Assembly (NCBI GenBank): GCA_019057385.1
Contig: JAHQJS010000004.1
Coordinates: 884,727 to 948,726 of the forward strand
From: Candidatus Borrarchaeum weybense
GTDB lineage: Archaea > Asgardarchaeota > Sifarchaeia > Borrarchaeales > Borrarchaeaceae
DNA: 64,000 nt
Direction of reading: 5' to 3'
The notes beneath the pieces were generated by a model. It ran no database searches and had not been told where the DNA came from. It worked only from the letters and a program-made list of their open reading frames with translations. Made by a program: the position numbers and the translations under genes. This document shows positions 9,792-19,426 of this stretch, in pieces; position 1 is the first letter of the stretch, and every line of letters starts with the position of its first letter.

Positions 9792-10493
9792 TCACGATTC
9801 TAGAACATCCATCTCATTGAAAGATTTTCCTAAAGAATTATGCTCCATATGTTCTCGTTTCAGGATTTCTGTTGGATTATCATCTTGTTCTGAATGTCCA
9901 ACTGTCCTAAATCCTAAAGATTCGAAAAATAGATAGGCTGCTCTATTTCTTAAAAAGACCTCTGCAAGCAATGGTTTACTTGTAATTAGGCTTTTAACTA
10001 ATTGTGTCCCAATTTTTTTTCCTCGAAATTGTTTTTCAACAAAGATCCTTAATACCTCTACGTGATCTGGAGATTCAAAAGCTAACATCGCACCCTTAAT
10101 CTCATTTGAGTGTTCAGCGACATATACCCAGTATAAATTATCAGGGACGTTCAATGCACCTTTCAAATAAGTTACGTCAATATCTGAAAAAAAATCTCTT
10201 AGAACTTCAAGATCTGACTTTATAATAGTTCTTACGCGTAATTTATCTTCTTTAGGTTCATCGTGTTCCCATATACCAAAAATATACCCGTCGGAATGCT
10301 TCTCTCTTGGGCAATATAAAGCACGTCTTCTGCCATCCCAGAATGTATATCGTCTTAATACTAATGCACGCCTGTCAAGGCTTCTTAAATCTTTCCATAT
10401 TGTACTGTGTGATTTACCAATAAGCGTTTGCAATTGTTTTGGAGTTAAAGGTCCTTCACTGCGCAGTACATCGAGAATGGCATATCGAGCCAA
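9792..10493 (-). CDS. Winged-HTH plus GNAT acetyltransferase fusion
   Basis: N-terminal HTH (LTPKQL..LIGKSHSTIWKDLRSL); C-terminal GNAT motif A (V..QFRGKKIG) and N..A..FFESLGF. Confidence 0.8.
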   Translation of the reverse strand: MARYAILDVLRSEGPLTPKQLQTLIGKSHSTIWKDLRSLDRRALVLRRYTFWDGRRRALYCPREKHSDGYIFGIWEHDEPKEDKLRVRTIIKSDLEVLRDFFSDIDVTYLKGALNVPDNLYWVYVAEHSNEIKGAMLAFESPDHVEVLRIFVEKQFRGKKIGTQLVKSLITSKPLLAEVFLRNRAAYLFFESLGFRTVGHSEQDDNPTEILKREHMEHNSLGKSFNEMDVLES

Positions 10494-10655
10494 AGCATCA
10501 CCTGTTATGATTACAAATTCAAAAAAAATATATAAAGGCTTTGGATCGACTGATTACTTTTGCCATTCTCTGGCTCAAGATCAGCCGATCGGTAACCCAG
10601 AAATTCAGTTGCGCAGATGATAAAAAAACTATCGTATTCTTTAGGGGTTTTCCCT

Positions 10656-11795
10656 TTAGAAGCATCGATGAATGGCAGCGGCGCCCATGTCTTGGTATTC
10701 TTTTTTGGTCACCCACATTTTCTGGAAGGTCTTAAGTGACGATAGAATACTACCTCCGATCCAGACACTGTAGCGTCTCTCTGGTGGGGCAATGATTTTG
10801 ATCTCTACGCCTTCGGGTACCAGTTCGGTGAGTTCCTTGTGCATGCGTTCCTTTAGTCCGGGGAACATGGTGGAACCGCCTGATAACACGATGTTACCGT
10901 AGAGTTCGCGGCGCAAGTCGACGTCACATTTCATGATGGCTTGGTAGATGGCTTCGTCAATTGGTGAAGCTTCTAAGCCGATCACACCTGGGTTGAAGAA
11001 TACTTCGGGAGCCAAGAAACGTTCAGGACCGACCACTAAGGCCTGGCCATCTGGTAAGGTGTAGGTCTTTTCCATACCGGAGACTTTCTCCGCTAATTTC
11101 ATTTCCTTTTCTGGGTCGAGGGCCACGTAGCACAGTTTTTCCTTGATGTCACGAACAATCTCACGTTCGGCAGATGAGGTCAGTGAATAGCCTCGCTGTC
11201 GGAGCAGTCGTCGTAGATACTCGGTGAGGTCACGACCGGCTAAATCGACACGAGAGATGGCATGAGTGATGGCAAACCCTTCATAGATGGGCACGATGTG
11301 CGTTACTCCGTCACCGCTGTCGACTACGATACCGGTGGTTCTTCCGCTGGCATACAGACTCAATACTGCCTGCATGCTGACATACATGGCGGGTACATTA
11401 AAGGTCTCGAACATGACTTCGGTCATTTTCTCCCTGTTGACTTTCGGATTGAGAGGGGCTTCGGTCAGCAATACGGGATGTTCGTTAGGGTTAACGCGCA
11501 GGTCGTTATAGAAGGTGTAGTGCCAGATTTTTTCCATGGCATCCCAGTCGCTAATCACTCCATGCTCTACAGGGTAGATGAGCTTCAGTACACCTCTTAA
11601 GTTCAAAGCTTCTTCGCCGATATAGTACTCACGTACGTAATGTTCTACATCGGTCATAATGGATTTATATTTTGGGTAACCAATAAGCGTTGGGAAGACA
11701 CTCCTGGGCTGATCTTCACCGGCATAGCCGTTTTTGGACAGACCAGTCCCGTTATCAATCACCAATGGCTTTCCAGTTATTCCTTCTTCTTCCAA
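10656..11795 (-). CDS. Asgard actin (Lokiactin type)
   Basis: [44 protein letters not shown] and [18 protein letters not shown] motifs, ending IHRCF. TTG start after a GGAGG RBS. Confidence 0.98.
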   Translation of the reverse strand: MEEEGITGKPLVIDNGTGLSKNGYAGEDQPRSVFPTLIGYPKYKSIMTDVEHYVREYYIGEEALNLRGVLKLIYPVEHGVISDWDAMEKIWHYTFYNDLRVNPNEHPVLLTEAPLNPKVNREKMTEVMFETFNVPAMYVSMQAVLSLYASGRTTGIVVDSGDGVTHIVPIYEGFAITHAISRVDLAGRDLTEYLRRLLRQRGYSLTSSAEREIVRDIKEKLCYVALDPEKEMKLAEKVSGMEKTYTLPDGQALVVGPERFLAPEVFFNPGVIGLEASPIDEAIYQAIMKCDVDLRRELYGNIVLSGGSTMFPGLKERMHKELTELVPEGVEIKIIAPPERRYSVWIGGSILSSLKTFQKMWVTKKEYQDMGAAAIHRCF

Positions 11796-11946
11796 TGGTT
11801 TTCCTCCATATACTATTTTAATTTAGCTAATAAATTCTTATATTAATTGTTAGATTAAGAACTAATAGTGATTTTGCCCTGAATCTTGCGATTTTGTTTA
11901 TAAATGAAACGTGTTTCTAAATAAAACAACGCCGGCAAAAATAGAT

Positions 11947-12020
11947 TTCACAATTATCTTGATCTCGTCCACAATTATTCACAATTATTAATAATTATTA
12001 ATAATTATTCACAATTTTTC
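11947..12020. repeat. Cluster of CACAATTAT / AATAATTAT repeats upstream of actin
   Basis: Four CACAATT copies plus two AATAATTATT variants, five of them at an 11-nt period. Confidence 0.6.
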
Positions 12021-12253
12021 TAAAACGAGAAACTCACACACGACATAGTGTTTCTATCCTCTAAATGTCACAAATTCCTTTTCCATCTATCTTCACCCTT
12101 TTTTAGTAGATTTAGATTATAAGCTGTAATTTCATTTTCTAAACGAACTCCTCTCTAAATAATAACTTCGAGTTTGAGAATCAAACCGTGGGGAATCTTA
12201 TGGAAAAATAGCAAATAGAATTAATTTACTTCAATTTTAAAAAATGCTTTAGT

Positions 12254-13849
12254 TTAAAGATAGTCGGTCTTTCTGAGAACTTTCCCAGAAAGCGCTCCCG
12301 TATGTTTTCCCTCTTCAACAACAAGTTCTCCATTAACAATCACGAACTTTATACCTTTTGGAAACTGAAGGGGATTATTATAAGTTGCAGTATCGTTAAT
12401 CTCTGTGGCATCAAAGATTGTTATATCTGCAGCGAGTCCTGGCAGAATAAGTCCACGATCTTGCAATCCAATTTTTTGTGCTGGTAAAGAGGTCATCTTC
12501 CTGATCGCTTCAGGGAGTGTTAAAACAGCGTTTTCGCGAACATACTGTCTTAAAATTCTAGGGTATGAGGCAATAGCCCTGGGATGATATTTTCCAATAA
12601 TAATGCTATCTGTTCCAACCATTTGTACCTGGTGTTTCATAACAGTTTTTACATCGTCTTCGTCCATAAAAAAGAGCACCATAGATACTGCAGCGTCCTC
12701 TTCGATTAATAAATTAAAAGCTGTCTCTGCAGGATCATTTGTTCCCTTCATTTCAGCAATTTCTGAGAGCGTTTTTCCTTCCAAATCCTTATTCTGGTCA
12801 GTCTTTACTGAAGTTATTAGTATTCCATCCCATCCAGATGCCTTAGCATAGTTATCCCAATCGTTTCCTTCTTTTATTTCTTTTTTTATCTGCTCTCTAG
12901 TTTCTTGATCTTTTAATCTTTGAATTAATTTCTCTTTGCCACCTACGTGAACCCAAGGAGGAAGAATAGCGGTTAATGTTGTGCTTCCCGCAGTATATGG
13001 GTATTGATCCACCGTTATATCGATGTCTATTGCTCTGGCATCTTCCACCAGTTTGAGAGTTTGAGTAACTTTTCCCCAGTTTTGTTTCCCCGCTGCTTTA
13101 AAATGCGATATTTCTATTGGAATTCCGGTTTCTTTTCCAATTTTAACAACTTCATGGATTGATTCTATCACTTTATCGCTTTCATTTCGCATATGGATGC
13201 TCAAAAAGCCATCATAACTATTTGCAACTTTGCAGAGTTCAATAATTTCTTCTGTTGAAGCAAAAGTAAGAGGAGGGTAAATTAAACCTGTTGAAAACGA
13301 AAATGCGCCATCATCAAAGCATTTAGCAACACTTTGTTTCATTTCTTCCATTTCTATGGTTGTTGGAGGTCTATTTTCCATACCCATAGTGCAAAATCGG
13401 ATGACTCCATGTCCAACTGAACTTGCAATGTTCACAGCTACGCCTTGAATTTCAAATACTGCTAAATATTCAGCTAATGTATTCCAATTCCATTCTACGC
13501 CTGTATTTCCTAAAACCCCCATAACTAATTGTTTGTACTCTTCCTTGCATTCTTCCTTAATAGGTGCCACAGAAAAGCCACATTGCCCAATCAACTCAGT
13601 AGTGACACCTTGAAGTACTTTTTCGTCAGCAGTTGGGCGTTCTAACCACACAATATCTGAGTGTGAGTGAATGTCGATAAAACCCGGTGCAACAATAAGT
13701 TTTTCAGCGTCAATTTTTCGTCTAGAGTTAGATGTCGAGACTTTACCAATTTTTACAATCTTTCCATTCTCAATGGCGATATCGCCCTTAAACCAAGGAT
13801 TACCAGTTCCATTAATGATTCTACCATTTTTTACAATCATATCAAACAA
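12254..13849 (-). CDS. N-acyl-D-amino-acid deacylase (amidohydrolase)
   Basis: PGFIDIHSHSD, GQCG, HMRNE, ISHFK, DQYPY and GLAADITIFD motifs. Confidence 0.9.
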   Translation of the reverse strand: MFDMIVKNGRIINGTGNPWFKGDIAIENGKIVKIGKVSTSNSRRKIDAEKLIVAPGFIDIHSHSDIVWLERPTADEKVLQGVTTELIGQCGFSVAPIKEECKEEYKQLVMGVLGNTGVEWNWNTLAEYLAVFEIQGVAVNIASSVGHGVIRFCTMGMENRPPTTIEMEEMKQSVAKCFDDGAFSFSTGLIYPPLTFASTEEIIELCKVANSYDGFLSIHMRNESDKVIESIHEVVKIGKETGIPIEISHFKAAGKQNWGKVTQTLKLVEDARAIDIDITVDQYPYTAGSTTLTAILPPWVHVGGKEKLIQRLKDQETREQIKKEIKEGNDWDNYAKASGWDGILITSVKTDQNKDLEGKTLSEIAEMKGTNDPAETAFNLLIEEDAAVSMVLFFMDEDDVKTVMKHQVQMVGTDSIIIGKYHPRAIASYPRILRQYVRENAVLTLPEAIRKMTSLPAQKIGLQDRGLILPGLAADITIFDATEINDTATYNNPLQFPKGIKFVIVNGELVVEEGKHTGALSGKVLRKTDYL

Positions 13850-13968
13850 GATTTTTCACCAATGGTTTCAATTTCAATGAAAACAGTGCGTAAAAGAGAT
13901 CGATGAGTTATTCGTTAGATGCTAGGAATTGGAACCCCCATCGCGGTCATTGCTCCTGTCAAAACAAC

Positions 13969-14112
13969 TCATAATGTCGTTCCACGCATAAAAAAGTTTG
14001 GATCAGCATTTAAAACATTTTCATATTCTTTTATAGCTTTTTCATACTCTCCTTGATTGAGATATTCTTCACGTTTTTCAAGATAAGCTTCTGGTGACTC
14101 ATTTGTAAACAT
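13969..14112 (-). pseudogene. Short TPR-like fragment, probably frameshifted
   Basis: MFTNESPEAYLEKREEYLNQGEYEKAIKEYENVLNADPNF; the TPR-like continuation (YAWND) is in another frame after a T6 run. Confidence 0.5.
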
Positions 14113-14161
14113 GATTATGTTACTCCTCTCACTATGCTTGACAACAATATGTCTGAACTAA

Positions 14162-15553
14162 GTGAACTACCCCACCCTGACGGATGGAGCTTCCTGCGAG
14201 TCCTCCGAACCATATCCACGAATAGGACTGGGTACTTTCGTTTTACCTTTGGCTGTGTGTCGCAGATTATCAAGAAACACTTGATAGCCCGTCCACTTGG
14301 CATTCTGTGATAGGAAACGTTTCATAAGCACCACACAACTATTTTTGTCTCTGGCAATCACGTTACCACACTCACAGTTCATAACTCGTTCCCACAACGG
14401 CATATAATGGAGTTTACCACACATATAACACTCTCTGGAGGTATTGCGTTCGTCAAATTCTATTAGTCTTTTACCTACTCGTTTCGATTTGTAGGTTAGA
14501 AACTGTACGAACCGCCCCAGCGTACCCGTGCTCTGTGTAGCGCGGTTTAACCCCGATCTCATAAAATTTGGCACCTTCGTTGACTGTGCCATGGCTTTGA
14601 CCTGCAGTTCACCCACGATAAGCGTATTCGCCTTGGTGTTGTTCACTACCTTCGTGCTGAGTTTGTGCTGGAAATCCTTTAGTTGATCATCACGTTTCCG
14701 CTCGTACTTGCGTTTGATACGGTTGAAGAACTTCCACTTGTTGCTGAATTTCTTGCACCTATCCCGCCGTGCTTGTATCTTTGCGATTTTTTGATTCCAG
14801 TATTTATCGGGACGCTGGTTGTTCACCACCAAGAATTTCCCCTGAGAATTGACAGCCGTAATGATATGGGTAATTCCCAGATCAATGGCCTGATACCGTC
14901 CGTTATCCATAAAGAGCGGTTCTTCCATCTCGTACGTGATAGTCACAAAATACCGCTTGTTCTGCTCAGAAATGGCGACTTGTTTTACCTTCTTATCATC
15001 AAAAAAGAATTTCGCAGGGATGGCAAACTCCAAAGGTAGATCATTGTAGTTATGGGAAAAGGAGACTTTTCCGTGTTCTAACTTGAACCCCGACTGGTTA
15101 TAAACCATCGTAGTGAAATACTGCTTGCCTTTGAATCGCGGGAGTCTAGCATCGGCGTGTCCATTTTTTCGCAGGGCAAAGAACGACTCATAATCGGCGG
15201 CTAACGTCCTCAAAACATACTGTAAGACCTTCGAATATACCCAGCTATATTCCGGGTAGTGCTTTTTAATTATTGGCAGGTCGTTTTGCTGTTTTCGATA
15301 AGTCACGCCCTTAATGCCGTGTCTATAGGCGTCCCTTCGCTCGGCAAGGGCAAAATTATAGATGAGTCTGCACTTCTCCGAGAGTTTCCAAAGCACTTCT
15401 TCCTGTTCTAGTGTCGGAAAGATCCTAATTTTCTGTGTCAGTCTCATGGGCTTCACGCAGACTCTGGTATCAGTATTTCTACCCCAAAAAACTATATAAA
15501 ACTAGTGGCTTTCATCCCCCCAGCAGTCGGAAGGGGACTTCCCGCTGAACTAA
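14162..15553 (-). mobile_element. IS200/IS605-family (IS1341-like, tnpB-only) element
   Basis: Left end follows TTTAA with a GAAG-TCCCC..GGGGGGA hairpin. Right end GAAGCTCCATCCGTCAGGGTGGGGTAGTTCAC overlaps the tnpB stop. No tnpA. Confidence 0.9.
14167..15456 (-). CDS. tnpB: RNA-guided endonuclease TnpB
   Basis: N-terminal 'KIRIFPT..Q', RuvC-I AIDLG, IVGEL, DERNTS, Zn finger CYMC/CECG and RuvC-III RDKN. Confidence 0.95.
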   Translation of the reverse strand: MKPMRLTQKIRIFPTLEQEEVLWKLSEKCRLIYNFALAERRDAYRHGIKGVTYRKQQNDLPIIKKHYPEYSWVYSKVLQYVLRTLAADYESFFALRKNGHADARLPRFKGKQYFTTMVYNQSGFKLEHGKVSFSHNYNDLPLEFAIPAKFFFDDKKVKQVAISEQNKRYFVTITYEMEEPLFMDNGRYQAIDLGITHIITAVNSQGKFLVVNNQRPDKYWNQKIAKIQARRDRCKKFSNKWKFFNRIKRKYERKRDDQLKDFQHKLSTKVVNNTKANTLIVGELQVKAMAQSTKVPNFMRSGLNRATQSTGTLGRFVQFLTYKSKRVGKRLIEFDERNTSRECYMCGKLHYMPLWERVMNCECGNVIARDKNSCVVLMKRFLSQNAKWTGYQVFLDNLRHTAKGKTKVPSPIRGYGSEDSQEAPSVRVG

Positions 15554-15715
15554 TTAAAAAACAATTTGCATTATAAGTTTGCACGATGCCCCTCTAATTC
15601 TGATAGCAACTATTTTTATTGAAATTATATTAGAATACGTATACAAGGAAAAGAAGTGATTCAAATCTACATTATTTTTAAATTCAATGAGGGCAGGGTT
15701 AGCGTGAGGAGATAA

Positions 15716-16249
15716 TTGATGCATCTGTTATTCAAGATAGTGGTAGTAGGAGATGGAGCCGTAGGAAAAACAACTTTGGCAACTCATTTCGTTAAGGGTA
15801 AATTCATAGAGTATTACAAAATGACTATCGGTGTAGATTTTTTTGTGAAAGACGTTCAAATCGGAGAAGATCTGATCAAACTTCAAATCTGGGACACAGC
15901 TGGTCAAGAAAGGTTTGCCTTTATTCGTCCAACGTATTATTCAGGCACCAGTGGAGGATTCATGGTATTTGATGTAAATCGGAGCGAATCCTTTAAAAGT
16001 CTTGATAAGTGGCTCAAAGAGATTCACACGAATTGTGGAAAGATTCCACTTCTTTTGTTAGGCAATAAAATTGATTTAGATATGCGACAAGTAAAAAAAT
16101 CACAAGCTGAAAAATATGCGAAGAAAAATGATCTCCTATATTACGAAACATCCGCAAAAACAGGTGAACAGGTCTTTGACGTATTTTCTGAATTAGCTAA
16201 CATTTTGTACACCAGATACAAAGTAAAAGTTAAGGATAAGTCAAGTTAA
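15716..16249 (+). CDS. Rab-like small GTPase
   Basis: G1 GDGAVGKT, TIGVDF, G3 WDTAGQERF, G4 NKID and G5 ETSAK; no C-terminal prenylation cysteine. Confidence 0.95.
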   Translation: MMHLLFKIVVVGDGAVGKTTLATHFVKGKFIEYYKMTIGVDFFVKDVQIGEDLIKLQIWDTAGQERFAFIRPTYYSGTSGGFMVFDVNRSESFKSLDKWLKEIHTNCGKIPLLLLGNKIDLDMRQVKKSQAEKYAKKNDLLYYETSAKTGEQVFDVFSELANILYTRYKVKVKDKSS

Positions 16250-16622
16250 ATTCAATTTCATAAACAGAAAACCAATATTTACTTTTTAATTATTTTCAAT
16301 TTAGAATACAAGTATATTTTGACAAGTCAATTTCACAATTATACTTATAATGGAGTATTCTGAAAAAATATTAGACAAAAATTGGCGACAGAAAAGAGAT
16401 ATTGACTGTATAATTGATCACTTCAGTCTAATATCTTAACTAAATATCTTGGATGGTGTTAAAAAAAAGAAGACGCGTCACTAATTATTATGTTTGCTTC
16501 TTGCTGCTTAAAAGATGTGATTGTTGATAGTGTGAGGTGCAAACACAATAAGTTTCTCTGAAAGTCAATTTTTGCTAATAAACAAACAACAAGAAACATA
16601 AAAAAAGAATGGAAAGATTATT

Positions 16623-17378
16623 TTGAAGAGAATACATACTGGAATTAAAGGGCTCGATAATTTAATTGAAGGAGGCATTCCAGAAGGATGGGGTGTTCTT
16701 TTGACAGGCCCTACCGGGACAGGGAAGACAACTCTCGCTATACAATATTTGTATAACGGCTATAAAGACTATAATGAACCAGGAGTATATATCAGTCTAG
16801 AAGAAGATGTTCAGGATATCCTAAAAGTGATGGCTACATTCAATTGGGATTTAAACACTCTGCAAAGGGAAAAAAAACTAGTAATGATTAATGCTATTCC
16901 AAAAAAATCTCCCGATGCGACAGAGTACGTGATTAAAGCTCCTCTATTCTCTCAAACTTTCAGTTTTGAATCAATTTGTTCGTTATTAGAAGAAAAAATC
17001 AATGAAATAAACGCAACCCGCGTTGTTATTGATGGTTTAAGCGCACTAGCGCTTCTATATCAAGATGACTTTAAAATTCGGCAAGGTCTTTTGGATATGA
17101 CAAATACAATTCGCTCCTCAGGTTGCACGACGATTTATACAACAGAGATTCCTGAGGGATCGGTTGGAATCAGCAGATTTGGAGTCGAAGAATTCATTAC
17201 ACACGGTGTAATAATCCTCTATTATGTTCGAGAAGGAGGGAAAAGAACCCGCGCCATAGAGATTCGGAAGATGCGTGGTACCAGGCATGATCAATCATTG
17301 CATCCCTATGAAATTGCAGAAAAAGGAATTGATGTATTTTCCGAAGAAATAGCATTTTTAAGAGATAATTTATTATGA
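16623..17378 (+). CDS. Single-domain KaiC/RAD55-family ATPase
   Basis: TGIKGLD, GPTGTGKT, SLEE, VIDGL and RKMRG motifs. Confidence 0.9.
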   Translation: MKRIHTGIKGLDNLIEGGIPEGWGVLLTGPTGTGKTTLAIQYLYNGYKDYNEPGVYISLEEDVQDILKVMATFNWDLNTLQREKKLVMINAIPKKSPDATEYVIKAPLFSQTFSFESICSLLEEKINEINATRVVIDGLSALALLYQDDFKIRQGLLDMTNTIRSSGCTTIYTTEIPEGSVGISRFGVEEFITHGVIILYYVREGGKRTRAIEIRKMRGTRHDQSLHPYEIAEKGIDVFSEEIAFLRDNLL

Positions 17379-17416
17379 AAAACAATATGCTATAAGAAGA
17401 TATACTCTACAATGTC

Positions 17417-18727
17417 TTGGTGGGATTAATGAAAGAAATATTCCCAGATTATTACAGTGTTTTACTATATGGTCCTCCTGGCGTTGGCAAATCGGAGTAT
17501 ATCTTTGATTTAGTAGAATATTACCTAAAACATAATAAGAAAGTGATTTATATCACCACATCAAAAAGCCCAGAGCAGCTTATCGAATACGCGAAAAAAC
17601 GTAATCTTGATATCACGAAATATGAAAATAAAACACTTGTTTTTATTGACTGTTACTCATGGTCTGTTAGTAAAGAAGAGAAAAGACTCTCAGTTGATCA
17701 TCCAGCAAATCTAAATAAAATAAGCATTAATTTAGTAAAAGCTGTAAATACATTGGGGATGCCAGTTAGAATAATTTTTGATTCATTATCTACACTTTTT
17801 CTTCATAGCCAAGCAGACGTCATTCTGAAGTTTGTTCAAACCATCACATCTCGAATTAAATCAGAATATGGCTTCATCCTTCTTTCAATGCAAAAGGGGA
17901 TGCATAATCAAGAACATGTCACCACAGTGTATTCTATCATGGATGGCGTCATAGAAATGGATTTCGAGGAAGAAACACTCGGAAAACATTTAAGAATTCA
18001 TCATCTAGACGGCTTTCCACATGAATCCATTTGGATACCGTACAAGGTAACCCCTCATGGGACTGAGATAAATCCTGAAAACCTTCAAAAGATTGTTTCT
18101 TATAACGCAAAAACAGCACAACAATCAGCAAGATTCATTAAAAAAGCTGAAAAGTTGCTTTCAGATATTTTTGCGAAAGCTATGGTTGATAATCTTATTA
18201 AATCATATCTTACTAAGTTAGGAATAACACGTGACACTATTGAACAAAATCATGCCAAAAAAATTACGGAAATGATCCACAAAGATATAATTAAGTTTAC
18301 TGGAAAAGATCCTGGCAATTTGGAGAAAGTGTTATTAGGTGATTTTATTAAACGTAAAAAGATTCTTGTTGTAGAAGATAATGAAGATTTTCGAGTTGCC
18401 ATTAAAGAAATCCTAAAACTAAAGGATTATCAAGTTGTTACAGCAGTAAATGGTGTAGAAGCTATAGACTCCGCCGAAAGAGAGCATCCAGATCTGATTT
18501 TAATGGATATTGGTCTCCCTGTGCTTGATGGATATGAAGCCACACGCCGTTTGAAATCTAAGGAAACAACTAAAGATATTCCAATAGTGGCATTAACCTC
18601 ATTTGTTCTCAAAGGGGATGATGAAAAAGCATTAGCTGCTGGATGTGATGGCTATATTCCTAAACCAATCGATATGGGCGGATTTCCACAAAAGGTAGAG
18701 CGTTTTTTCGAAACTGGCGTTCTTTGA
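17417..18727 (+). CDS. KaiC/RAD55-like ATPase fused to a C-terminal receiver (REC) domain
   Basis: GPPGVGKS and IFDSLS in the ATPase; REC motifs ILVVEDN, PDLILMDIGLP, LTS and KP. Confidence 0.85.
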   Translation: MVGLMKEIFPDYYSVLLYGPPGVGKSEYIFDLVEYYLKHNKKVIYITTSKSPEQLIEYAKKRNLDITKYENKTLVFIDCYSWSVSKEEKRLSVDHPANLNKISINLVKAVNTLGMPVRIIFDSLSTLFLHSQADVILKFVQTITSRIKSEYGFILLSMQKGMHNQEHVTTVYSIMDGVIEMDFEEETLGKHLRIHHLDGFPHESIWIPYKVTPHGTEINPENLQKIVSYNAKTAQQSARFIKKAEKLLSDIFAKAMVDNLIKSYLTKLGITRDTIEQNHAKKITEMIHKDIIKFTGKDPGNLEKVLLGDFIKRKKILVVEDNEDFRVAIKEILKLKDYQVVTAVNGVEAIDSAEREHPDLILMDIGLPVLDGYEATRRLKSKETTKDIPIVALTSFVLKGDDEKALAAGCDGYIPKPIDMGGFPQKVERFFETGVL

Positions 18728-18728
18728 G

Positions 18729-18850
18729 TCACTTTTTTCGTCCCTGAGCCTGTCATTCATCCCTGTCTTCGAAGGCGTGGGACCTCTCGGGTTTTGTCTC
18801 ATGCACAAGAACGTGTGCACCGCGTGGTGCGAAGAACATTCCGCCTTGTA
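18729..18850 (-). ncRNA. Structured repeat copy 1 (candidate ncRNA of the RAMP/Cas1 locus)
   Basis: Gapless match to copy 2 (100 of 122 identical by manual count). Covarying stems; TTATAA at 18871-18876. Confidence 0.7.
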
Positions 18851-18930
18851 GTTAAAACATTTGCTGGTTATTATAAGAGTCATGAGCATGATTTCGAGCA
18901 TTCCTATACCTCTAGTATCCGTGTTTCTTT

Positions 18931-19221
18931 TTAAGAGAGTCCACAAAATTTGTTTACGTTATCCACAAATTCTTGATCAAAGGGTTTCTCAATTAACTTC
19001 TTTTTCTTTTGATGCGTAAGTTTTTTTATTTCGCGTTCTCTTTGAATTGCCTGACGTTGGGTTCGGAATTTTTCTACATAGTACAATTTCTTGACTTTGT
19101 ATCTTTTAAGATATCTGGCGCCTTTCCCATCTAAATGGAGTTTGAGGCGCTCGAAGATATCTTTAGTATAACCTGTGTAGAACGTTTTATTTTTACAGAG
19201 AATTACGTAGACGTAAAACAC
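18931..19221 (-). CDS. GIY-YIG nuclease (UPF0213-like), about 96 aa
   Basis: FYVYVILC...FYTGYT.D...RL..H..GKGARY...E. A GTG start at 19221 follows a GGTGA RBS; the longer ORF-track start reads through repeat copy 2. Confidence 0.88.
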   Translation of the reverse strand: MFYVYVILCKNKTFYTGYTKDIFERLKLHLDGKGARYLKRYKVKKLYYVEKFRTQRQAIQREREIKKLTHQKKKKLIEKPFDQEFVDNVNKFCGLS

Positions 19222-19228
19222 TGGGGTA

Positions 19229-19350
19229 TCACCTTTTTCGTCCTTATACCTGTCATTCTTAGCCATCATCTGAGGCGTGGGACCTCTCAGGTTTAGTCTC
19301 ATGCGCAAGAACGTGTTTTCCGCGTAGTGCGAAAAACATTCCGTCTTGTA
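19229..19350 (-). ncRNA. Structured repeat copy 2
   Basis: Offset exactly 500 bp from copy 1; TTATAA at 19371-19376, the same spacing as in copy 1. Confidence 0.7.
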
Positions 19351-19426
19351 ACCTGTATAGCAGTTAGTGATTATAAAATGTGATATCATATCCCTCTGCA
19401 TTATTTTGACCTCGATTTAAATATCT

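Noticed and set aside
19258-19267. 10-nt match of the copy 2 variable segment (ATGGCTAAGA) to about 63765
   Set aside because: A match of this length is expected by chance in 64 kb, so it is not evidence of a target.
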